Shown piece after piece: positions 13,581-24,075 of a stretch of 64,000 bases of DNA. The notes beneath the pieces were generated by a model. It was not told the DNA's origin. It did not search any database and saw only the letters and a list, made by a program, of their open reading frames with translations. A program made the translations under genes and the position numbers. This stretch comes from Octopus vulgaris. Taxonomy: Eukaryota. The stretch is from positions 26,908,001-26,972,000 of the forward strand of contig OX597814.1 in assembly GCA_951406725.2 (NCBI GenBank), read 5' to 3'. Every line of letters starts with the position of its first letter. The first letter of the stretch is position 1.

Positions 13581-13592
13581 TGATGATAATGA
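13531..13592. repeat. (AAT)n/(GAT)n trinucleotide microsatellite
   Basis: Directly visible; forms the 3' flank of the Dong-like element. Confidence 0.95.
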
Positions 13593-14011
13593 TAAAGCAC
13601 AAACAAAATTCCATCTTCATAAAATTTGTTGAGGCAGATTTTCTATGGTCAAGACTCATAATGATGAGTCTTATCATCATGCAAACCATGTCCTCCACAT
13701 GTCAAGGCAAAAACACAAATGTGCATATGTATGCACACACACATTTGATGGGCTTCATTCAGTTTCCATTTACCAAATCAGTGCATGCAGTTTTGATCAA
13801 CTTGTGGCCATAGTACAAGATACAAGGTATCACACTGATCTTAAAGCCATGTGATTAGGAAGCAAATTTTTTAACCACATAAGTAATGTGTATGCCCCCT
13901 TGACCACACAGTTCCTCCTGTGCTATGTTTATGTGTGTGTGTGTTAAATGAAATGAGACAACAAAATCAAGGCTGTGTGGAATTTATAGGACATTTATTA
14001 AGAGAAAGGTA

Positions 14012-14059
14012 GTCTTACAGATGTTTCTGGGATATTAGGGATGTCCCTTCATCAGAGAC
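14012..14059 (-). ncRNA. Minimal type I hammerhead ribozyme-like motif (Penelope-like terminus)
   Basis: Minus strand: gtct-CTGATGA-agggacatccctaatatccca-GAAAC-atct-GTA-agac. Stem I gtct/agac, stem II ggga/tccc, short near-palindromic stem III, GUA cleavage triplet. Confidence 0.7.
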
Positions 14060-14393
14060 GGTATAAAGTTTTTGATCTTCCTTTCTTTTTTTTTTCTTGT
14101 AGTGAAAGCTGTTATAGAATAGTGTTGTTCTGGTAACTAGAGTATGTGACTTGCTAGTTTTAATCTTTGTTCTATGATGAATTTCAACAAGTGGCTTTGT
14201 GTTGGCTCTCTTTAGGATGTCTTCATCAGTTATGTGGTCTAGTTAGAACATTCTCAGAATCATTCTCAAGCATCTTTGGTGGAACACATCTATCTTTCTT
14301 TCTGTCAATTTTCACATTTCTCTCCCATGTCTCTCTGGTATAGAGAACTGTTGGTAGTACAATGCTATGTATATACTTGTCTCAAAATCTATG

Positions 14394-14704
14394 AGTCAGA
14401 AAAAAACATTCACTCATATATTGGTTAACAGAGTAAGTATAATATTTTAAATAAAATACATTTTCATATCAGCGACTTTACCACTAAGTTTCACACAGGA
14501 GTCACAATAACTCCAGTTATCATCAGTAAAGGTTGAATGTAAAGAACCACACCATACAGTTCCTTTCAGTGTTTTTCTGATGATTGCCTGGATTATCTCA
14601 ACTTTTGCATGAAACTGATTGATATGAAAATATGATATTGTATTTTATTAATAATGATATTCACACTCTATTAACAAATATATGAGTGCCTGTTTTTTCT
14701 GACT
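14394..14704. mobile_element. Head-to-head inverted pair of Penelope-like terminal repeats, each with a CTGATGA...GAAAC core
   Basis: 14394-14531 (-) and 14573-14704 (+) share 'tgatatgaaaa...tgtattttatt...actct.ttaac.aatatatgagtg..tgttttttctgact' downstream of hammerhead-like cores. Confidence 0.7.
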
Positions 14705-14747
14705 ATATATATATATGCATATATATGTAGACAACTACATATACATG

Positions 14748-14793
<46 letters not shown>

Positions 14794-16089
14794 TTAATTA
14801 TATATGCATTTATATAGTTATGTATTATATATTGTATATTATCTACATGCATATTCGTATATACATATTAACATATATCCATATCTATATACAAAGATAT
14901 TTATATTCACATACGTGTACATGAAATTATAATCAACAAAATTACTTTCTCTCTCTCGCTTTCTCTCTCTCGCTTTCTCTCTCTCAAAATGTGATCTGTA
15001 TTGGTAATATTTAACGTAGTTAGAAACCCCCACTGGCTGTGCAGTAATTCACTTTACATTATGAGAGACTGGGTATTCTTTTGTCAAGATATCCAATCAA
15101 GTCCACAGTATATTCTAACCTTTAAACCCATATGTTATTCAAATGTGAAAGCAAGTAAATTTCTCACAACATAGTCAAGTCAGTGAAATAAAATTCAATT
15201 ACAATGGGGCAATGTGACTTGTCTGTAATTCCCCTATTATGGTCTTGACCCTAATTGTGATTTCTTATTCATATATTCTACCGATCACACAAGCTTTATT
15301 CATCTTCCAGTTGTTTTATTGCATAATTCAACAATTTGTTATTGGATAAGATCCATTTATAAACTTGTTTAATTTCTATGCAACCAGGACTGCAATCTCC
15401 TGATGCATAAACTAACAATTGAATCGACTATTTATAATACAAATTATCAGTGCCAACATAGAATTCTTCTCTTTATGGTGTGGTGTGAACCAGAAAATTA
15501 AAAGAGTTCAGAAGCTTATGCCTTATGCTTGTCAGCATGTCCCTTTAGAACTTAGGAGCTTATGATTAACTATTCAACTTAACATCAAACTTAAAATGGG
15601 TGTGGCTTTACTCAATGAACATTTACATATTTTCAAATGTTATATAGCTATATTGCAAACAACTATTTCATGAAAATGTTCTCAGATTAATCAATTTTAG
15701 TTAGTATCAACACTATAGTGATATGGTGGCTAGCAAAAATAAAAATCCCAAAGATGGTAGAGGAACAGAAGATTTAGAGACTATAATAATAATTAGGTTA
15801 TAAAGATAATTATGCAAAATCTTTAAGTTACTACTACACCACATCTCAGTTTTCTAGTCAACTAAGATGTACAGTAATAGTTAGACTATATTTCTCTGAG
15901 GAGCTTCAATATGATCAAAACATTTTCATAGTTGTCATACTTCCCAAACATGTCCATACTTCCCATAACATTCTATATTTAATTAATTTTAATTAATATT
16001 TTAGGTTGCCTCCTCTGCCAATTATTTTCACCAGAGTGGATAATTTTAATTAGTAATTATTTACATAAAACATAAGAAATTTGGCATGT

Positions 16090-16450
16090 GCAAAATCTTG
16101 ACGTTCCCATCACTGCCCAGTCTCTGGCTTCACTGAAAAAAATGCTTTCAACCCATGCTCTGAAGAAGGCCAGCTCTGCTGACTTTGAAACACTGAATTA
16201 CTAGATGTTTCAAACCCTACCACAGGCACTTTAGGTTTGTGTTTAGTCTTCCCATGAAGGCAGAGGATATTTCAGCAGTTGAAGCTCAGGGTGGGTTTGG
16301 CTTTGCTGGTCACTACTATCATGCTGAACAACAAGCCAAGCTGGATGTTATTTGTTAGAAATTTTCACATCCTAGTAAGTAGTGGGTGAAGACCACTCAG
16401 CTGCATTGATGTTGTTTGTAGAGATGCATAGCATGAGACTGAGTACATAC
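16090..16450 (+). mobile_element. RTEX/RTE-like LINE C-terminal remnant
   Basis: 'FAGHYYHAEQQAKLDVIC...RPLSCIDVVCRD' resembles the 'RLRFAGHC.R...' and 'GR....Y.D.I.RD' tail of RTEX ORFs. Left boundary approximate. Confidence 0.45.
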
Positions 16451-18290
16451 TAGCTTGTTGAGAGGTTGGATAGTCCTGATGTGATGCGGGGAAACATAAT
16501 GGTCATGACTACTTGAAGAAGACCTAAAGACAGCTAACATTCTTTTCTCCTGAGATATTATAGTGCCTAGAAGTGTTTGGTAGTATACAAGTCAAGGGAT
16601 TGGCCTTCTCAAGAAACATTATGTTGTGACCTTAAATAAGGTCACAACATAATGAAGTAGATAGGTCTATGGTCAAAAGTATTTCAATCATGACCATATT
16701 TTTTTCAAACATAGTGCATTTAAGACTATATTATCCAATGTATTCCATTTTTTAAGACTGTAGTGTGGCATGTAAGATACTTGGCTGCTGTTTCTAGCTG
16801 ATCAAGTAACTGTGAAAGGTTTTTCTTCTGGCAAAATGTGTAGATGTCTTAGGTGGAAATGAGCTTCCAAATCTAAATCAGTAACTTCAAGAATTCCTGC
16901 TCATGTTTTCAGTCCTATATTATGCTTACTATCATGGGAAAAATCATGAATAAAAAATGTGTAGCTTTGCAATCAGATAATGAATATTGACAGCAGAAAA
17001 CCTATAATTCTAAACAATTAGAGATGTTTAGTTAACATTAATAGTTGAAATACTTTGTCCTAAAACTGATATTATTGTCACATTTGAATGAATGATGTTT
17101 ATCGATATAATATTAAATCTATAAAGGCTATCTTATCTATCATCACCCAAGACATGTTGACTATCGAGGGGAAATACATTTATAAAAGCATATATATGTG
17201 TGTGTATGTGCACACATACACACACACATCATCATCATCATCATCATCATTTGCCATAGAACAGCCAAATTGTTGAGAAGTTTGGTTCACCATCCTGAGG
17301 TCCCAAGTTTGATCTCACCATGTGGCTCTAAAGGAAGTGTTTTTCTACAGTTACAGGTTACTCCTAATCCAGGCTTTTGGAATGAAACTGGATACACTAA
17401 AACTGTATGAGAGCCCATCAAGTGAACTGTACTTCTAATCCATTGGTCCAGCCTTGTTGTACATGTTGTTATAAACTAACTCTCCCTAAAGATTACATCA
17501 AGGGTACATATATCAGAAGAATGCTCAGCCACTTATAAGCTAATTCAATTAAAAGCTACTTCAGATGATCAAACAACTCCTCACCAAAACCAACCAGAAA
17601 ATATTTACTTTATATATAGCTTTATGTTTACACATAGAAATATGTTCAAACACAAAAACACATAGGCATATGTGTTTCTTTAAAGGGACACAAAGTAAAG
17701 AGAAAAAGAAAAATATTATGGACATATGAGGTGTTTGAGGTCCAGAGTTTGAGCTTTCCTATTGGCAAATATGTATCTGTCTACAATGAAGACATCTTAT
17801 GAAAATATGATTTTTAAGAATTAAGACAGCTATTAACTTCTAAGCGCTGTAAATTTGTTAAACAAAATCTGTACTTTTTAATTCCATTTAAAAAGGCCTT
17901 GGGCCTCTTGAGTTCTCTCCATTTGAAGTCATAGTTGATGTGTCTATCTTTCAAAGATCATATATGGCCTGCCAGTGTCATGGCTGTCCATTTGTCTGAT
18001 TATAAAATCTTTTCTTAAATCATCCTTCCCTAAACCATCATCATTCTCAATATTGTTCATTAATTATGGCTATTTAAGGGAATACATATGTGCAAAGAAT
18101 ATTCAGCGGCTTGATGAAGCAAAACTTATACCTCTCCAATTCAAACCACAGCTGATTTCTTCTAGAAGAGAGAAGTACAGTGGGTGGGTAGGTAGGTAGG
18201 CAGGCAGGCAGGCAGGTATAAGCAATTATGGGGGATAAACAAATTAGACACATCAAATATATTAAATACATCAAATACAAAATATGTATA

Positions 18291-18995
18291 TCAGGTCAAC
18301 CCATAAGTTCTGTCCGAATTTTGAATAAAGAAAACAAGTGATCAAATGTTATATTTAATTGAAATTCAATCATCAATGTACTTTCCCTGATTATCTATGA
18401 CTTCCTTCCATCTATTTGCAAGCTTTTTAATCCCATCAATGTAAAACTCTTTTGGTTTCAAAGCGAAGAACTTTGAAATATCAGTTTCGACCTCCTCCTG
18501 GCTTGCAAAACTCATGTCCCCCAAATGATTCTGTAAACTACAAAACAAATGGTAGTCTGAAGGAGCAAGGCCAGGAGAATAAGGTGGAAGAGGAATTTTT
18601 TCCCAACCAAGCTCTTCGATCTTCTGTGATGTGATCTTTTCAGTGTTGGGTCGCGCATTGTCCTGATGAAACATCATTCCTTTTCAATTCACTAAAGCAA
18701 GTCTCTTTTTCTTCAAAGCTTGTTTCAAACACTCTAATTGCTGACAGTAGACTTGAGAATTGATTGTTGCATTAGGTGGTAACAATGCAAAGTGAATTAC
18801 TCTTTTGCAATCCCACAAGATAGAAAGAACATTTTTTCCATGAAGTTTAGGAACCTTTTCAAGTTGTTGAAAATGACAATGAACAGTTGTATGGTTTGAA
18901 CTAGGCTTTATTGCCATTTCTTCAACTGATAATGCACGATTTTCTTCAAGTAATGCCTCAAGGAGCTTATCATCAAACTCAATCTGATCCAACTT
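18291..18995 (-). mobile_element. Mariner (DD34D) transposon, 5'-truncated and internally deleted
   Basis: TIR-like end TA|TCAGGTCAACCCATAAGTTCTGTCCG at 18289-18316. ORF 18366-18677 has 'FHQDNARP...LGWEKIPLPPYSPGLAPSDYHLF...RWKEVIDNQGKYIDD'. ORF 18684-19031 fuses the HTH 'LSVEEMAIKPSSNHTTVHCH' to 'LSILWDCKRVIHFALLPPNATINSQVYCQQL'. Confidence 0.92.
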
Positions 18996-19174
18996 ATAGC
19001 CTTTACATAGAATGATCCCTTGTAAAGACACCAGAGTCTACATTAGAATTTTTTGAGCTCCACTAAATGTCTTCTATATGGAGAATATCTGGATCTTATC
19101 TGTCTGTGAACTATCTGTATGTGTGTGTGTGTGTATGTGTGTGTGTGTGTATATGTATGTGTGTGTGTGTGTGT

Positions 19175-19229
<55 letters not shown>

Positions 19230-19251
19230 TATATACAGAGTAAGCACATAA

Positions 19252-19420
19252 ATGCAAAACAAGGTAGAAAAAAAGTACTCGAATACCAGAGGTAGAGTAA
19301 TATGCTTTATTAAACAACAGCAAAAAATATCACAAAAACTGTTACTCAAAGTTCCACATTCCCGTTCATTGGACAAACAGGAATGTGAAACAGTTTTTGT
19401 GATGTTTCTGCTGCTTTTTA
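19252..19420. mobile_element. Inverted pair of Penelope-like terminal repeats with decayed hammerhead-like cores
   Basis: 'cagcaaaaaatatcacaaaaactgtt...aacagtttttgtgatgtttctgctg' forms a hairpin. The minus copy reads CCAATGA-acgggaatgt-GGAAC-tttga-GTA-acag; the plus copy reads gacaaacaggaatgt-GAAAC-agttttt. Confidence 0.55.
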
Positions 19421-19429
19421 ATAACGTAC

Positions 19430-19750
19430 GTACATGCATGCATACATACATACATACATACATACATACATACATACATACATGCATGCATGCATGCATG
19501 CATGTATGCATGTATACATACATGCATGTATACATACATACATGCATGCATGCATGTATGCATGTATACATACATGCATGTATGCATGCATGCATGCATG
19601 CATGCATGCATGTATGTATGTATGTATGTATGCATGCATGCATGCATGCATGCATGCATACATACATACATACATGCATGCATGCATGCATGCATGCATA
19701 CATACATACATACATACATACATACATACATACATACATACATACATACA
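19430..19750. repeat. Compound (CATA)n/(CATG)n/(TATG)n microsatellite
   Basis: About 320 bp of alternating purine-pyrimidine tetramers; source of the MHAC/YVCM ORFs. Confidence 0.95.
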
Positions 19751-19780
19751 GTTGTAAGGTACTGCACGAGTGAAAATATA

Positions 19781-20454
19781 TATGGAAGAAGGTTTGAAAA
19801 TGCAAAGGTCTTTTAGAGATGTTTATTGACTTGACTGGCTTCACTTTTTTACAAAAAGATTATCAAAAGTAAAATGTAAAGCTTTGTATAAGCCTTGGTG
19901 TGTTAAGTACTGGTTATCACAAAAGTATTAAAGTACAGTCATACAGTATTTGATAATGATAAGAAAATGCTAAAAACAGTTTACAAGAAAGTATTCAAGA
20001 AAGGGACTATAATAAGTATTTTGAGTTCAATAAAAATCATGTTTGTTTGGTATTATATATATACAGAAGGAGCTATATTTAAGAGTTCACAAAAAATTGG
20101 AGAAGAATAACTGACCTGTCATACACAAGACAGAAAATGTCAGACAGACAGGTCAGTTATTCTTCTCCAATTTTTTGTAAATACTTAAATATCTCCTTCT
20201 ATATATATATACTACCAAACAAACATGTTTTTTATTGAGCTCAAAATATTTACTGCAGTCCATTTCTTGAATACTTTCTTATCATTATCAAAGTCTGTAT
20301 AATTGTATTTTAATACTTTTGTGATAACCAGTACTTAACACAACAAAGCCTATACAAAGCTTTACATTTTACTTTTGATAATCTTTTTGCAAAGTGAAAC
20401 CGGTCAAGTCAGTAAACATCTCTAAAAGACCTTTGCATTTTCAAACCTTCCTTC

Positions 20455-20457
<3 letters not shown>
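19781..20457. repeat. Long foldback palindrome (arms ~340 and ~310 bp, 26-nt spacer)
   Basis: 19781-20120 is the reverse complement of 20147-20457, e.g. gaaggtttgaaaatgcaaaggtcttttagagatgttta/taaacatctctaaaagacctttgcattttcaaaccttc and ttggagaagaataactgacctgtc/gacaggtcagttattcttctccaa. Scattered mismatches and one extra block of about 25 nt in the left arm. Confidence 0.95.
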
Positions 20458-20496
<39 letters not shown>

Positions 20497-20522
20497 CATA
20501 CATACATATATATGTATATATA

Positions 20523-21716
20523 CAGACATGACAAAGTAAATAGACACCCTTGTAATCATTAAAATTTCTTTAAATTTGAAATTACACATTCAAATTATCA
20601 ATTAATTGCTATAATGTGAATATTCAATATTTAGTAGGCATGCACTTTTTCAATGCAAGGACCCTATTAGGCATGTTACGGATCAGAGACGAATATTCTC
20701 TTGCAGAATTTCTTGCTAAGATTTTTATTCAGTAATCTCAAAAGATCTGGCTTTTAATATGCTTTTTTCTTCTTTTTATGAAGTGTCCTGTCCATTATGT
20801 CCCAGAATTGTTCAATAGGGTTCATATCTGTTGACTGGCTTGACCATAGAAGCTTTTTAATACCATTCTCATCCAATAAACCTTGGGTCATTTTAGCCAT
20901 GTGACAAGTAGCTCCATCTTCCATAAATAAAGTCTTCTTTAATCATTTCACCACTGTAGAAGATTGGAAGGAGTCCTTTCTGTAATATGGACGCATATGT
21001 ATCTGAGTTTATGTTTACCTCACACTCCACCAACTCTTATCAACCATTGCTCCAAATTGCTCCTCAGACCATCACAGACTAGCTGCCATGTTTCATTGTT
21101 GGCTGCAATCTTTTCACATCAATTTCTTGATCGCAGTCTACAGACCCACACTCGTCCACTGTTAGGAAATACAGCAAATCTGGACTCCCCAGAGAATATG
21201 ACAGTGTCCCAAAATGTTAGCGGCCTCTCCACCATCTCACTGGCCCAATCTTTTCTCTGCTTGATGTTGACTGGTCAAAGAAGTGGCTTCCTTCTTGCTG
21301 CTCTGCCATAGTAACCAAGTTTGTGGAGATACCTGACAGCTGTTCTGGGACTGACATCAACTTATTCTGGTTTGTCAGAAGCTTTCAATGAGGATTCTCC
21401 TCCACACTTCTCTTAGTAAAGGGAAGGGTCCTGTCAGAGAGCCCTGGTCGACCTGGGTGAGGTGATGTGAACTCTGGGATCCCAAAGTTTTCTGTTATTT
21501 TACACTGACTATGTCCACCTTCAGAATGACCCACAATACAGCCTTTTTGAAAATCAGACAGTCCCAAAGCTTCATTTGTACATGGCATGATTAAACAGTC
21601 ATATATAGAACCTGAAACATAAAAATGTCAATTAATAAAAAAATCTAAACCATTACAATTTAGAATGAACATAAAACTGTTTTATGGGATGTCTATTTAC
21701 TTCTGCTGCATGTGTG
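20523..21716 (-). mobile_element. Tc1-family DNA transposon with both TIRs and a decayed transposase
   Basis: Left TA|CAGACATGACAAAGTAAATAGACACCC; right GGGATGTCTATTTACTTCTGCTGCATGTGTG. Minus-strand pseudo-ORF ~21588-20626: 'LSDFQKGCIVG', 'IFSGESRFAVFPNSGRVWV', 'LFMEDGATCHMAK', 'WSSQSTDMNPIEQFWDIM', 'MPNRV...PTKY*'. Confidence 0.9.
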
Positions 21717-22894
21717 CTTGTGTGTGTGTGTACATACATACACACGTACGTACATACATACATACATATATACATGCATGCATGCATATATGTGTATGTA
21801 TGTATGTATGTATGTATGTATGTATGTATGTGCGTATGTATTTACTGAAGATAGTAGGTTGTTTAGCATACCTATTTTCAAACGTATTCTAGCCATAACA
21901 ACTGTCTTTTTAGAGGTATGCATCCTTTTCTTATTCCTGTGTAGATTGAATGGCTTCTCAGAGATTCTTTCATTTAATGTTTCTAAATTTGACGGAAGGT
22001 ATGGATAACAATTACACTTAAAAATTCTGAACAATACTCGCAAAATAGTGCTTTCTTTCCATGATTTTCTTTTTCTTTGTTATTAAATTTGTTTTATTTT
22101 ACAAGCCCACCAGCTAAGCAGATGGAAAGACTGAGATTCATCCACTATAAAAAAAAAATATTCACCAAGAAAAGAATCTAAAAATATAGCTCCATACATA
22201 TTGCTTATAAATGAATAAGTCAATGATGACCTTGTAATAGAATTGATATATTAAACAATCAGGTGTGTATTTCAACACTCAGCTATTGTTCCACTTGTCA
22301 TCAAAGTATAAGCTTGCTTTTCTGTGTTGGAGAGCTGATAAGAAGCCATTGGTGACTGAAAATAGTGAGTGTTGTTTTCATATGGATTCTAAAATTGTCC
22401 GTGACCTGGAGATGACTACTGTTGATTTATCTGATATGAAAAGAAACTAATCTAGAACTATGAAAATGGTATTATTGCTTGTTCTCTCCCAAATACTCAT
22501 TGTTTGTTTACTATCTAACAACCACCTATGGTTGTAAATTAAAAAGACTCTTTCTGGAGTATTTCATCTAACAGTTAAGCTTTTTATTCTTTGTAGCTAT
22601 TAATATGGTTGCTATGTCTTTATATTATTTTCCTAATTCTTTTTCCCCTTGCTTTATACACACACACACACACATACACGTGTACCACAAAGGAAAAAAG
22701 GATTAAAATCTAGGCAAATACTTTAAGAGCACTCTGTAGGGATCAAACTCAGTTTACTGAATTGTCCAGGGAGAACCATTGTAATCTGTTAAATGATGAT
22801 GATGATGATGTCAGTCCAATTTGTAAACCCAAAGTTCAAACACCAGATAGCTTCAGTATAAAGACTCAAAATATAGCAGAAAAACACATAAAAT

Positions 22895-23027
22895 ATGCTT
22901 CTCAGCCACATGGTTCCAGGTTCAGTCCCACTGCATGGCTTATTGAGCAAGTGTTTTCTACTATAACCTTGGGCCAATCAAAGCCTTGTGAGTGGATTTG
23001 GTAGAGGGAAACTGAAAGAAGCCTGTC

Positions 23028-23030
<3 letters not shown>
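22895..23030 (+). mobile_element. tRNA-derived SINE, 5' part (same family as 51133-51537)
   Basis: ccacatggttccaggttcagtcccactgcatgg...gcaagtgttttctactataacc...gccttgtgagtggatttggtag. Confidence 0.8.
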
Positions 23031-23075
<45 letters not shown>

Positions 23076-23089
23076 TTATATGTATGTAT

Positions 23090-23226
23090 ATCATCATCAT
23101 TTAGCGTCCGCTTTCCATGCTAGCATGGGTTGGACGGTTCAACTGGGGTCTGTGAGGCCAGAAGACTGCATCAGGCCCAGTCTGATCTGGCAGTGTTTCT
23201 ACGGCTGGATGCCCTTCCTAACGCCA
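23090..23226 (-). mobile_element. (ATG)n-tailed retroposon 3' end (RTE-related family)
   Basis: catcatcatttagcgtccgctttccatgctagcatgggttggacg...ctggatgcccttcctaacgcc. The same tail recurs at ~25135, 41275, 53720, 56795 and 62830. Confidence 0.7.
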
Positions 23227-23356
23227 TATTATATATATGTTTGTGTTGTTAAAAGTACCTAGTATACTCTGTAAAGTGGCTGGTATTAGGAAGGGTATTC
23301 AGCTATAGAAATCATGTCGAAACAGACATCATTAAAGCATTATGTAGTCTTCCAAC

Positions 23357-23397
<41 letters not shown>

Positions 23398-23399
<2 letters not shown>

Positions 23400-23520
23400 A
23401 GGCACAATGGCCCAGTGGTTAGGACAGCAGACTCACTTTGTGAGTGTTTATTGAGCGAAAACCCCTAAAGCTCCACGAGGCTCCAGCAGGGGATGGTGGC
23501 AATCCCAGCTGTACTCTTGT
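23398..23520 (+). mobile_element. Internally deleted tRNA-derived SINE (family of 59571)
   Basis: ggaggcacaatggcccagtggttaggacagcagactc...gtgtttattgagcgaaaacccctaaagctccacgaggctcc. Confidence 0.75.
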
Positions 23521-23870
23521 TTGAGGGAAACTTGGCTGTTATTTGTAGCAGGTCAGTTAATCTTGCAGAAGCTGTCATTGGCTTGTTAATGATAGTCATA
23601 GAGTTGGGAGTGATCAGGATGAGGATGTTGATAATAGATACAGAAACTATAAATGTAATACATATAAGTCAAAAGACATAGTGATCACAAACAGAATCTG
23701 AACTCAAACCACTGATGCAATGAGTAAATACCTTACTTCTACTTCTTTACACACAGATATAAGGTCTTAGGCAGTGGAAAGAGGGAATGAAGAAACCAGT
23801 CATAAAAAGGAATATAATAGGTCTTGCTTAATATGTGTTTATCCATAATATCTGATAAATGATGTATATA

Positions 23871-23901
<31 letters not shown>

Positions 23902-24042
23902 ATGCCAGCATGGAAAACGGACACTAAACGATGATGATGATATATATAATACATATATATTATATATATTTTAAATATATATATATATAATACATATATA
24001 TATAATATATATATATATAATATATACACACGTATACATACA

Positions 24043-24075
<33 letters not shown>

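Noticed and set aside
16158-16215. CTGAAGA...GAAAC hammerhead-like string on the + strand
   Set aside because: No stem I closure or valid NUH triplet in register; lies within a LINE coding remnant.
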